Source: Candidatus Poseidoniales archaeon (GTDB taxonomy: Archaea > Thermoplasmatota > Poseidoniia > Poseidoniales > Poseidoniaceae). From it: 60,787 nucleotides of DNA. Shown here in pieces: positions 32,406 through 41,964 of this stretch. The translations under genes and the position numbers were made by a program. The notes beneath the pieces are model-generated. The model worked only from the letters and a program-made list of their open reading frames with translations. It had not been told where the DNA came from and searched no databases. Within the stretch, counting starts at the first letter, position 1. The number at the start of each line of letters is the position of its first letter. The DNA lies in NCBI GenBank assembly GCA_012959275.1, contig DUDM01000058.1:367-61153 (forward strand). Reading direction: 5' to 3'.

Positions 32406-33751
32406 TGACTGAGAAGAAATCTCGATACAGCGGTGTCGATAAGAAGGCAGCAGCCTTGACAGGTTTTACAATCCGTCAAATGCGCACCAAGTTATCAACA
32501 TGGGCAGTGATGGGGGTTGGAATGCTTGCTATTTTGATGGTCTTACTTTTCCATGTTGATGCTCAGACAAGAACAATCGAGGACATTGACAATGACTTGG
32601 ACTCCTATGACTTCGATGGCGATGGTTATCCAAACGGGCAGGAAGTAAGATGGTTAACCGATATTCGGGACCCCGATGACCACCCCGGCTTAATCAATTC
32701 AAGCATTACCCCAGATGACCCTTCTCTCTACATTAATGAAGATGGATTCGATTGGGATATTGATTCAAGTAGCCTTCAAAGTGTCGGCAAAGACGACGAT
32801 GGTGATTGTGAACATCCCGAAGCAGGTGAAATGGTTACCGATAGTCAAAAAGACAGCAATGGTAATGGAATTCCTTGTGACATTCAAGTTCGTTGGTCTG
32901 AAATTGAGGGCAAATGGCAGAGCAAATCTGACATTGGAGTGGATGAAGACCCAGATGAGGATGAGTATTTTCATGAGGCTATGCATCGCGCCTTTATTAT
33001 CGGCTTTGGCAAAGTTGGATTTGTTTTATTGATTGGAATATTTTTACCATTATTCCTCGCAACAGGATTAATCCGTCAGGAAATAGAAAATGAGACCTTA
33101 CACTATCTCGTCAGCAAACCGATTCATAGAGCAGAAGTTTTGATTTATCGCCTGCTTGGATTCCTTGCGATAGCAATTCCCTATATTGCAATTTTAGTGA
33201 TTTTAAGTGCTTTGGTGGTTGGATTTGCCGCCCCTGGTGATTCATTTTTTAGAATACAAGATTTAGGAATATGGCTTGGAATAATGTTGGCATCTTGGTT
33301 GATGGTGATAGTTTATGGAGCAATATTCATGGTCTTTGGAATGGTTCACCGATTTGGAATGATTGCTGCTATTATTTTGGGAGTATGGGAATTCGTCTTG
33401 GCGATGATTACCTTAGCAGACCCAAGTCTATTCATTGCACGGTTGTCGGTGGTATTCTGGGGGATGACAATCGTAGATGCTTGTGCATCGATGATATATC
33501 CCAATACTCCGCTTCTGATTGCTCAAGGAAGGTCGATCTCTGGGGGGGATGATTTTAGCGCTCTAACGGGCTATATTTCCTCACCAAATAATTTACCTGG
33601 AACCGAGGCCTTGAATTCTTTCTGGAATTCTCCATCCCTAGGATTTAGTCCATTCATCACATTGCTAATATCAGTATTCGTATTATTGGCAATGATGATT
33701 TCAATGCTATTCATTGGGCAAGCCATTTTCAAGGGCAAGGAAATCTCCTGA
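32405..33751 (+). CDS. ABC-2 type permease with an acidic Ca-binding-like external loop
   Basis: EIENETLHYLVSKPIHRAEV motif; loop contains DFDGDG, DDDGDC, DSNGNG. Confidence 0.85.
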   Translation: MTEKKSRYSGVDKKAAALTGFTIRQMRTKLSTWAVMGVGMLAILMVLLFHVDAQTRTIEDIDNDLDSYDFDGDGYPNGQEVRWLTDIRDPDDHPGLINSSITPDDPSLYINEDGFDWDIDSSSLQSVGKDDDGDCEHPEAGEMVTDSQKDSNGNGIPCDIQVRWSEIEGKWQSKSDIGVDEDPDEDEYFHEAMHRAFIIGFGKVGFVLLIGIFLPLFLATGLIRQEIENETLHYLVSKPIHRAEVLIYRLLGFLAIAIPYIAILVILSALVVGFAAPGDSFFRIQDLGIWLGIMLASWLMVIVYGAIFMVFGMVHRFGMIAAIILGVWEFVLAMITLADPSLFIARLSVVFWGMTIVDACASMIYPNTPLLIAQGRSISGGDDFSALTGYISSPNNLPGTEALNSFWNSPSLGFSPFITLLISVFVLLAMMISMLFIGQAIFKGKEIS

Positions 33752-33760
33752 GGGCATATT

Positions 33761-34927
33761 ATGCAACGCTTTGAAGGACCTCTACAGGACCTTTGGTCAA
33801 TGGACCGAGATAGCCCAATCCATAGGCTGACTTGGGATTGGTGGTGGTGGCTGGTTATGTTAGAGCCTGAAAAGGTCAAAGGCGGTAAGCAATTGATGGT
33901 TCTATGGTCGAGTAAAGATACCCGCAATATAGATGTTAATTTCCAGCCTTGGGAAAGTGAAGGTAGAGCCAATGTTGGGAAGCAAGGCAGTGTTCTGTCT
34001 GGCATGGTCGCATCATGGTGGTGGGATGGTGAGAAGATGTGGGAGCCAATTCGCCTTCAGTCTTGTAGAATGGCAGTTATTGATGGCACAAAGGAACTAT
34101 GGAAAAATTGTGATAATAGTGCAGCAGGTGCAATCATACCATTGCTAAAGGATGATTTGTCAATGGGGCTGGATTCTAAATCAGAGAAATTTTGGTTGAA
34201 TTTGAAATCATCGGAGCAGTCAGGTGGCCCATCTTTCAAAATCGAAATGACTCCTTGGCACCAAGCAGTATCAACTTTGAGAACAGCAGGTTCGGAATAT
34301 GGTGGTGGCCTAGGGTATGAAATTAATCGCCTGCATGGAGCCAAAGCAAAGGCGCTTGTGAATGGAATAGAATCTGAAGGTACAGCCTATTTGCAAAGGG
34401 TTCGAGTTCAGGCTCCAGCCGTACCGTGGTATTGGGGAATGCTGCATTTTTCCGATGGTTCATACCTTGATTGGTTCTTGCCTCATGTTTCTTTGTCGAT
34501 GACAAGGAAATCCGACAGGCCTTGGCCGATGCGCCACATTGGCCATATTTCTGTATCTCAAGGTGGTATTTGGCATGATAGAAAAAGAGAGAGAAGTGAA
34601 ACTTTCAATCGATGTTCTGTGACTTTGATTCCTTCGAAGAATACAGAAGGTGATGAAGGCCACAGTCCACAGGCTCCATTGCCAATTTTTGAAGTTGCAT
34701 TAGAAAACGGCAGAACTTCGATAAAACTTCGTGCCAAAGCCAAAGCAAGAGCACATTTTAGATTCGATCAACCAACCCGCGCGGGGATGATTAGCCACTT
34801 GACTTACAATGAATATCCTCTTGAGTTAGAAAAAATCATTATCGAAGATGAAAAAGGCCGCAGAACACTCTCACAATGGGAATGGGTAATGGGTAATGGC
34901 GAGCATAGTTGGGGCCTATTACACTGA
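33761..34927 (+). CDS. Trp-rich protein, probable lipocalin-like double beta-barrel (CrtC/AttH/tocopherol-cyclase-like)
   Basis: WDWWWWL at the start of the first half, PWYWGMLHFSDGS at the start of the second, ends GNGEHSWG. Confidence 0.5.
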   Translation: MQRFEGPLQDLWSMDRDSPIHRLTWDWWWWLVMLEPEKVKGGKQLMVLWSSKDTRNIDVNFQPWESEGRANVGKQGSVLSGMVASWWWDGEKMWEPIRLQSCRMAVIDGTKELWKNCDNSAAGAIIPLLKDDLSMGLDSKSEKFWLNLKSSEQSGGPSFKIEMTPWHQAVSTLRTAGSEYGGGLGYEINRLHGAKAKALVNGIESEGTAYLQRVRVQAPAVPWYWGMLHFSDGSYLDWFLPHVSLSMTRKSDRPWPMRHIGHISVSQGGIWHDRKRERSETFNRCSVTLIPSKNTEGDEGHSPQAPLPIFEVALENGRTSIKLRAKAKARAHFRFDQPTRAGMISHLTYNEYPLELEKIIIEDEKGRRTLSQWEWVMGNGEHSWGLLH

Positions 34928-34994
34928 AATTTGGGGCATCGGTGGGAAAACCTTCATTTGGGCCTACGATGGGTTGCGGGCCAAGGTGAGCACC

Positions 34995-36026
34995 ATGAGT
35001 GACGAGGAAACGACAACTGAAGCGGCAGAAGAAGCCAGTCCTGCGCAAGAAGAACCTACACCAACAGCAGCTGTTTCTCCCGATAATAGCAGAGAATTAG
35101 GACAGAAATTTGGCCTTGTATCTGGTGAGGAAATACGCCACGTAGTAAAGCCAAGTATCTTCGCCTTCTGGTCAATGTACATGTTGGGGCTAATCGTATT
35201 GGGCGTTCACATGCTATTCTGGTGGGCTGGAACATTTGACACAAAAGAAGACTCAAGCGTAGTTGTTGACCTAATCCACTTCGCCGCCGACACTGCACCA
35301 ACTGTAACATACACCATGCTGATGCTTGTCGTGCTGTGGTTTAACCGCATGTTGAACGTGGGGACAAGTGGCAAGGGATTCTCTTTCTTGCTATTCTTGA
35401 TTGCACTAATCCCATCCCTGATTGAACTCGATGATGTCTTGGAGTCTTTCGGCATTACCGAGAAGGAAATCCTTCCTAGTTGGCTTGAATATGATTTCTT
35501 CTTAGGGGGAATCGGCTGGTGTGCGTTCATCTTTGTTTTCACATTCTGGACCCAGCGCTCTTACTCCTATGCCATCACATCTCAAGCAGTTATCCTTCAA
35601 CAAGATTTCATGATGAGTCGCTCAAGGCGCAGATTCCTTTATTCAAATGTACAAGAAATCAATGTTAGGCAAGGTGCAATTGGTAAAATATTCAACTTTG
35701 GCTCCGTCATCCCAATGACCAGTACGGGCCTAGGTCTGGAGGAAAGTACCACTGGAATTGCTGCCGGCGCCTCAATTGGTCCAACCGTAGATAAGGATGA
35801 TAGCGCAGCAGAAAAGACTGGCAAGAGATTGATTAAAGCATTCATGGCAATCTTAATGTTCCAGCGGACCAAGAGAACAGTTTCTCAAAACCCAAAGCAT
35901 TGCTTTTTTGGTGTTCACGACCCGTGGGGTTTGGAAACAAGAATCAGTGAAGCAACCGGTGAAGCAAGCGAGTCAGCATTACTGACAAAGATTGCTGACA
36001 AGTTGGACCAGCAAGCTGCACAGTGA
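34995..36026 (+). CDS. Membrane protein with bacterial-PH (bPH_2) domain
   Basis: Four TM helices, then YAITSQAVI...YSNVQEINVRQGAIGKIFNFGSV; RBS AGGTGA. Confidence 0.8.
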   Translation: MSDEETTTEAAEEASPAQEEPTPTAAVSPDNSRELGQKFGLVSGEEIRHVVKPSIFAFWSMYMLGLIVLGVHMLFWWAGTFDTKEDSSVVVDLIHFAADTAPTVTYTMLMLVVLWFNRMLNVGTSGKGFSFLLFLIALIPSLIELDDVLESFGITEKEILPSWLEYDFFLGGIGWCAFIFVFTFWTQRSYSYAITSQAVILQQDFMMSRSRRRFLYSNVQEINVRQGAIGKIFNFGSVIPMTSTGLGLEESTTGIAAGASIGPTVDKDDSAAEKTGKRLIKAFMAILMFQRTKRTVSQNPKHCFFGVHDPWGLETRISEATGEASESALLTKIADKLDQQAAQ

Positions 36027-36087
36027 ACTTGGCCTTCCGCCATCTTCATGAAGGCTATTCTCTAGCCACGCTCATCGGGGAATCGAA

Positions 36088-36600
36088 ATGAGCGCAGAAA
36101 TAATGGAACCAGCAATCGAGATGTTTCGCAATGGCGACCTAAAAGGAGCGGTTGAGAAATTAGAAATTATAGCAAAAGAAAACAAAGATGTGGCGATGAT
36201 TCACCATACCTATGCTGAGTTTGCTAACATGTTGAACACAGAAGAACAAGAAGATATAGTTCCTGGAACAAAAATCATGATGTCTTACAAAAAGGCCATG
36301 GAGTTAGACGAAGAAAATGACGAATACATAGCAGATTTCGCTGGCTTCGCTCTTGAATGCCGTAGAATTCCAGTCGCAGTAAAGGAGTTTCAGCGCTATA
36401 GTACTCGCTTGAAGATGGCAGATATTCCTGTTGATGACATACTCTACAATGCAGCCCGCAATATCGTTGATACCATTGAAGTCATTGACCCAGAAAAGAA
36501 AAATCCAATGGTCCAACCATGGATTAAGCAAGCACTTGAATGGGCTGTGGGCGGACTTGGCTACGAAGTCGATGCAGCCATTGAGATTCTAAAGGAGTGA
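36088..36600 (+). CDS. Helical-repeat (TPR-like) protein
   Basis: YKKAMELDEEN pattern; all-alpha composition. Confidence 0.65.
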   Translation: MSAEIMEPAIEMFRNGDLKGAVEKLEIIAKENKDVAMIHHTYAEFANMLNTEEQEDIVPGTKIMMSYKKAMELDEENDEYIADFAGFALECRRIPVAVKEFQRYSTRLKMADIPVDDILYNAARNIVDTIEVIDPEKKNPMVQPWIKQALEWAVGGLGYEVDAAIEILKE

Positions 36601-36607
36601 GGCTAAG

Positions 36608-37507
36608 ATGGTGGGCGGTAATTGCCGCCTTGCATTTGCCTTTGGCCACCGAGGAGACACATTTCATGGCTCTCAGGTACAACCAGGCTTGAGGACTGTA
36701 CAAAGCAGTCTTCAGGAAGCACTCTATGAACTTGGATTTATCAAAAAGGCAAATGCTTCGGGACAACCATGTATTCTTTCCAGTCGGACAGATGCTGGAG
36801 TTCATGTTCGGATGAATATTGCAGCCATCGACATCCCAGAGGCAGTATGGGATGGGATGGGAGAGTCCGGTTTCCTTACTGCAATGAATGATCAATTAGA
36901 TGGCGACATCGCAGTTTGGGGTGCGCAAAAGGCCGGAAATAATTGGAATCCAAGAAGAGCGATTAGCAGAACATATCGCTACCGGCTTGAGGGCTGTTTC
37001 GATTGGCGAGGAGCAGAAAAAAAACAGTTTTGTGAATGGCTCAATGTTTTTGTTGGTCAACACGACTTCAATAATTTCAGGAAGGTCGATGAAGTTCCAA
37101 GCACGGTTAGAGAGATACTGAGTCTAAAGCCTTGGATTGAAAATGAAATTATCATTGGTTTTGAAATTCAAGGTAGGGCATTTCTATGGAATATGGTAAG
37201 AAGAATTGCTGCTGCCCTTTGTGGACTATCAAAAGGTGTATTTACAATTGAAAAGGTACTACAGGCCCTAAATGAACCAAATGTCGAACATGATTTGGGA
37301 TTGGCTGTTGCTGATTGGCTAATACTGTGGGAAGTAGAGCATGAAGAAATTAATTTGTCTCAAAAAGCCCGAGTGTTGATACTTGAACATCCATTGAGTA
37401 GACCACCAAATAGATATGACAATAGGGCCAATGATAGATGGATTGAAAGAGCCAAATTAGAACAAATAATGTTGTGTCATTCAGAGTGGGAAGGACTCAT
37501 CTCTTGA
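36608..37507 (+). CDS. truA: tRNA pseudouridine(38-40) synthase
   Basis: FHGSQVQP, SRTDAGVH, RTYRY, GQHDFNNF, AFLWNMVRRI. Confidence 0.95.
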   Translation: MVGGNCRLAFAFGHRGDTFHGSQVQPGLRTVQSSLQEALYELGFIKKANASGQPCILSSRTDAGVHVRMNIAAIDIPEAVWDGMGESGFLTAMNDQLDGDIAVWGAQKAGNNWNPRRAISRTYRYRLEGCFDWRGAEKKQFCEWLNVFVGQHDFNNFRKVDEVPSTVREILSLKPWIENEIIIGFEIQGRAFLWNMVRRIAAALCGLSKGVFTIEKVLQALNEPNVEHDLGLAVADWLILWEVEHEEINLSQKARVLILEHPLSRPPNRYDNRANDRWIERAKLEQIMLCHSEWEGLIS

Positions 37508-37946
37508 GAGATAATTCCATCTCATCCCCATCAACTAAGTCCAAATGTTCTCTGAGAAATATTCCTGCGATTACCTCCACAACATCAACATGACGTGTCA
37601 AATCGGGGATTAAAACTGCACAGGGAATATCATCTCCGTCTACTACAATATTTGCAAGGTAGGCAGTTGCAGCCCCAAAGGAAACTCCATCTCGCATGAA
37701 TCCTTCAACCTTTTTTGCTTCAATACCTTCGACATTAACAATATTGGTTTCTTCATCTGTTGAAAGGCCTGCTAAATTTCTCAAAGCAAGTTGATTTTGC
37801 AAGGATTCGCCTTCTACTGTTAGGTTGAGTGTACCTGGCCATGCAGTCATCCCTAATATTCTCTTAAATTGGCTTTGATAATGAGGTTGAGACATGAATA
37901 CATGAGCCCGACCAAGGCCAGAACTAACAGTGCCCACTATCCTCAT
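37497..37946 (-). CDS. ribK: CTP-dependent riboflavin kinase (archaeal, DUF120), no HTH fusion
   Basis: GTVSSGLGRA, PGTLNL, VVEVIA...LREHLDLVDGD. Confidence 0.92.
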   Translation of the reverse strand: MRIVGTVSSGLGRAHVFMSQPHYQSQFKRILGMTAWPGTLNLTVEGESLQNQLALRNLAGLSTDEETNIVNVEGIEAKKVEGFMRDGVSFGAATAYLANIVVDGDDIPCAVLIPDLTRHVDVVEVIAGIFLREHLDLVDGDEMELSLKR

Positions 37947-37988
37947 CGAGATATGCGAGTGGCTTTTGATTCATCAAGATACGGATTA

Positions 37989-38876
37989 TCACAACTGCAA
38001 AGTCATACCCTCGTGAGCGACTTCCCAACCTGCCTCGATTACTTTTTGATATTCTTTTGAATTGCTCCTGTGTAATGGATTGGTATGATTAAGATGAAAG
38101 AAAATTATTCTTACATCATGGATTTTCTTATCGTCCAAGCGTTGGAGGGTTTCTTCGACAGTAGGGTGAGGTATTTCTTCTGCCGCACGATTAGGGATTT
38201 CATCCAAAGACCAAAATGTGCCATCGATTAGGGCAATGTCTACTGACAATTTTGAAAACCATTCCTCAATGCTTTCACAACCATGTAGAGTTAGAGTTTC
38301 TTGCCAAGAATCATGGTCCGGTAAAAATAGCAGCCGTTTTGATGGACCAGAAATTAAGAATGCATGGGTATCAGATAATTCATCACGATGTGGAACCCTG
38401 ATGGGAGTTATCGTGAAGCCACTTTGAATTGTCGGTTTGATAGATTTGTCAGAAAATACTTGAGGAATGAAAACGCCTTGCTGAATCAAGTTATTCCATG
38501 CCGGTGTTGCCTGCATTAACTGTAAAAATGAATTGCTACAATGCAATTTTAATCCAGATACTCCCATCACTTCTCTTCCAAATAATCCCAAACCGTCAAC
38601 ATGCCCAAGGTGAGCATGACTAATCCACAGTGTGTCCAATGGTCTAGGCTCGGAGTCACTATCAAACCAAGTCTCAAATTGACTGGCTAATTTTCTTGTA
38701 GCCTCAAATAAATGAGTGCTATGATCAGAACCCACCACCCCTAAACTTACTGGACTACGATGCAAGGAGAAATCTGAATGGATATCAACGCAGCATTGAC
38801 GAACACAACCTGCTTGAGGGCGGCCGCCATCTTGAGCGATTCCAAGAACCGTGGCGCTAACATGTCTCGGCTGCAT
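37989..38876 (-). CDS. PqqB-like metallo-beta-lactamase-fold hydrolase
   Basis: LGIAQDGGRPQAGC, SHAHLGH, VPHRDE, DGTFWS, HLNHTNP. Confidence 0.85.
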   Translation of the reverse strand: MQPRHVSATVLGIAQDGGRPQAGCVRQCCVDIHSDFSLHRSPVSLGVVGSDHSTHLFEATRKLASQFETWFDSDSEPRPLDTLWISHAHLGHVDGLGLFGREVMGVSGLKLHCSNSFLQLMQATPAWNNLIQQGVFIPQVFSDKSIKPTIQSGFTITPIRVPHRDELSDTHAFLISGPSKRLLFLPDHDSWQETLTLHGCESIEEWFSKLSVDIALIDGTFWSLDEIPNRAAEEIPHPTVEETLQRLDDKKIHDVRIIFFHLNHTNPLHRSNSKEYQKVIEAGWEVAHEGMTLQL

Positions 38877-38952
38877 GTTTTCTGATATCGGCCCTTATTC
38901 ATTGTCTTTTGTAGCCACAACTCACATCAACCGGACCTCTCGTCTAGGCAAT

Positions 38953-40134
38953 ATGGGCGGCGAAACTAATTGGATGAATGAGCGGTATGCAGAGTTGCAA
39001 AGTCAAAATATTCAGTGGGAACCACCAACCTTGGAAAGCGCAAGTACACCTCGTTGCGAAATGGATGGAAAGGCAATGATAATGCTCTCTGCAAATAATT
39101 ACCTGAATTTAACAACCCATCCAAAAGTGGTTGATGCAATGGTCCAAGCGACCTTGAAATTTGGGGCTGGTTCAGGTTCAGTGAGAGCAATTGCGGGAAC
39201 CATGGATATCCATTTAGAAGCAGAAAAAAAGGTTGCTGCATTCAAAGGTGTTGAGGCTTCATTGATTTATTCAGCAGGTTATACGGCTAACGTTGGCCTC
39301 ATTCCTACCTTGGTGAAGGGAAAGGATGATGTTATCATCTCAGACCAATTGAATCACGGTTCAATCATCGATGGAGTTCGATTAACTAAGGCCAGTCGTG
39401 CCGTATATCCTCATAATGACATGACAGGGCTCGAAGCATGTTTGAAAGAGCATAGTAATGCAGATAGAAAATTGATTATTACCGATGGAGTATTCAGTAT
39501 GGATGGAGACATTTCTCCACTCGATGAGATTAGTGAATTGGCAGAACAGCATGGTGCTATGGTCTATGTTGATGATTGTCATGGAGAAGGAGTTCTGGGT
39601 GAAACTGGTGCTGGCATTGTTGACCATTTCAAATTGCAAGGAAAGGTGGATTTTGAAATTGGGTCATTTTCCAAGGCACTTGGAGTACAAGGCGGCATAG
39701 TCGCAGGTAGCGATACAATGCGAACTCATGCCCTAAACCATAGCCGTTCATGGCTATTATCTGGAAGTCAACCTCCGGGGGTTGCTGCCGCACAAAAAGC
39801 CGCAGTAGAAGTATTGATGGAAGAGCCTCAACATCATCAACGGCTATGGCAAAACACTGAATATTTCCGGAAAGAAATGCATTCTCTCGGCTTTGACCTC
39901 GGAGTATCAACCACTCCGATAATCCCTGTCATGTGTGGAGAATCAGCGCGTGCTAAGCAGTTATCACATGGATTGCGTGATGAAGGAGTGATGGCAGGAG
40001 CCATTGTTTTCCCAATGGTTTCAAGAGATGGTGCAAGAGTTAGAAACCAATTATCCGCGGGGCTTTCAAAAGATGATATTGAAGAAGTCCTGAGAATCTA
40101 TGAATCGGTAGGAAAGCAAATCAACCTCATCTGA
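38953..40134 (+). CDS. Alpha-oxoamine synthase family: glycine C-acetyltransferase (Kbl) / BioF-like
   Basis: ANNYLNL, LNHGSIIDG, DGVFSMDGD, DDCHGEG, SFSKALG. Confidence 0.9.
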   Translation: MGGETNWMNERYAELQSQNIQWEPPTLESASTPRCEMDGKAMIMLSANNYLNLTTHPKVVDAMVQATLKFGAGSGSVRAIAGTMDIHLEAEKKVAAFKGVEASLIYSAGYTANVGLIPTLVKGKDDVIISDQLNHGSIIDGVRLTKASRAVYPHNDMTGLEACLKEHSNADRKLIITDGVFSMDGDISPLDEISELAEQHGAMVYVDDCHGEGVLGETGAGIVDHFKLQGKVDFEIGSFSKALGVQGGIVAGSDTMRTHALNHSRSWLLSGSQPPGVAAAQKAAVEVLMEEPQHHQRLWQNTEYFRKEMHSLGFDLGVSTTPIIPVMCGESARAKQLSHGLRDEGVMAGAIVFPMVSRDGARVRNQLSAGLSKDDIEEVLRIYESVGKQINLI

Positions 40135-40135
40135 T

Positions 40136-40723
40136 TTACTCTTCCTCAAACTTGGCAACAACCTCTTCAAGTTCTTCATCGCCTACCTGTGGCTCTTTCT
40201 CAAAGGGTGTTTCATTTCCATCGAAGGGATCGATATTAGCCTCTAACATCGATAATAATCTCCACCGGGGCGCCCAAGACATGTGTATGTAAATTGGCCC
40301 AGGAAGAAGTAAACATAACCAAGCACCTAATACCCAAAAGTCGACAATCTCGGTCATCTCTAATGTTAACCAAGAGAGGCCAATAAATGGCATTGGGTAG
40401 AGCAACTTACGCGGCGGTGCTAATGGATTCCTCTTGCTAATGCCAACAGATATCCGTGAAATCAGGCCCAATAGAGAAGATGAAGTAACCAAAATTAAAG
40501 CATGCATCAAGAATGTCTTCCACCAATCCATCAAATCCCATTCGGTAAATTGCCCCATAGGCAATAGTAGAGCTAAACTGATGAGTAATCCATAGAGAGC
40601 ACCAATGAATGCAGGATGAGAAAGGTCCAATGGCATTCTAATGAAGCGTTGAGACAAGCCTCCTCCAAGTACTAAATTTCGCTGCTCTCGCGGCAATTCA
40701 TTGATGGAGTCGCGCCAAGACAT
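40136..40723 (-). CDS. Hypothetical membrane protein (4 TM)
   Basis: Hydrophobic segments and acidic tail; ATG 40723. Confidence 0.7.
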   Translation of the reverse strand: MSWRDSINELPREQRNLVLGGGLSQRFIRMPLDLSHPAFIGALYGLLISLALLLPMGQFTEWDLMDWWKTFLMHALILVTSSSLLGLISRISVGISKRNPLAPPRKLLYPMPFIGLSWLTLEMTEIVDFWVLGAWLCLLLPGPIYIHMSWAPRWRLLSMLEANIDPFDGNETPFEKEPQVGDEELEEVVAKFEEE

Positions 40724-40759
40724 AGTGAAATCTAAGCCTGTGGATTTCAAGTATAGATA

Positions 40760-41425
40760 TCAACCTTCGCCGTTGGTTGAGTCATCTGTCTCCATCTTGG
40801 CATTGCGTAGCAAGGCGCCAAACTCAATTTCATTTTGACCTGGTGTTGTATCCAACCAATTACGTTCTAGTAGACCTGAATCATCTTCTTCTCTAATTCG
40901 GGCAGATTCAAAATCATCTCCACTGCCATTTTGCATATTTCTCAAAGCAATCGCTTCCTTCAGAAAAAAGAGGTGCAAATCAATTTGATTTTGCTTTGCT
41001 GATTGAAATAACCAAAGTCCAAAGTCTGTTCGTCCTTGGTCTTCGAGAGTTATTGTCCATTCCCTGCTCAATTGTCTTTTTACCACTCTCAAATTCACCT
41101 CTCCAGCATCTTTCCATCCTCGTAAATGATGCAGCATGACAATTGAATCACTATCTTCTTCACCTATCCATGGATGCGCATTGTTTACACAAATAGGAGT
41201 CTCTCTAATTGCAGCAATTCGTTTAGAGAAAAAGGCTGTAATAGCAAACAAAAAAGGCAGAATGATAATGCTGAATATTCCATAATAAAACAATATTAGA
41301 ATAAAGATAATTAGCAAACCTGAAATAATAATCAACAAGGATTTAATCAATGGCTTGACCATCTCTGAAAAGCGCTCAGTCTGTCTAAATAGGATAAATC
41401 CTTCAGGTATTTCATCAAATTCCAT
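40760..41425 (-). CDS. Hypothetical membrane protein (2 TM)
   Basis: ORF overlaps the end of the upstream DUF309 gene. Confidence 0.7.
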   Translation of the reverse strand: MEFDEIPEGFILFRQTERFSEMVKPLIKSLLIIISGLLIIFILILFYYGIFSIIILPFLFAITAFFSKRIAAIRETPICVNNAHPWIGEEDSDSIVMLHHLRGWKDAGEVNLRVVKRQLSREWTITLEDQGRTDFGLWLFQSAKQNQIDLHLFFLKEAIALRNMQNGSGDDFESARIREEDDSGLLERNWLDTTPGQNEIEFGALLRNAKMETDDSTNGEG

Positions 41426-41837
41426 CAACTTTCAACTCCTCTGACAAATGTATCTGAACGAGATTGCAATTTAGATTCCAGTCGGCATTATTTGCAGCGA
41501 TAAAATAGGATTCTATTTTGGCCAATAAATGACCCACATCTATACCCCATAAATAAGTGAATTTCAAGTTCCCTGGCCGGCCCATTTTTTCACATAATTT
41601 TGACCACATATTTGAAACTCCACGTGGATTCTCTTTTTGATACTGATAGAGAAGGGCAGCACATTGAATCAAACCTTGAAGTGCCTTATATTGTGGTTCT
41701 GGAAAATCAACTTTTAGCCGCTTCCACAAATCTTCCCACTCTTCATGGGCTTGCCAATATCTGCCATTGTTGAACTCTGAAATACCCACCATTAACAGAG
41801 CCATTTCGACATCATTCAGAGGCAAAGGGGTGGTCAT
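41415..41837 (-). CDS. DUF309 family protein
   Basis: FNNGRYWQAHEEWEDLW...QGLIQCAA. Confidence 0.88.
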   Translation of the reverse strand: MTTPLPLNDVEMALLMVGISEFNNGRYWQAHEEWEDLWKRLKVDFPEPQYKALQGLIQCAALLYQYQKENPRGVSNMWSKLCEKMGRPGNLKFTYLWGIDVGHLLAKIESYFIAANNADWNLNCNLVQIHLSEELKVDGI

Positions 41838-41964
41838 CTAATGCTCTTGAGGATGGGCATCCCGCATAGAGATTAGGGGTTGTTTTTCCGCCTCCACGTA
41901 GTGGAGGGGTGGCAGACATTCAAATGATGGGAAAGAAGCGGTCCTAACCTAAGGCGGTGCAAAA

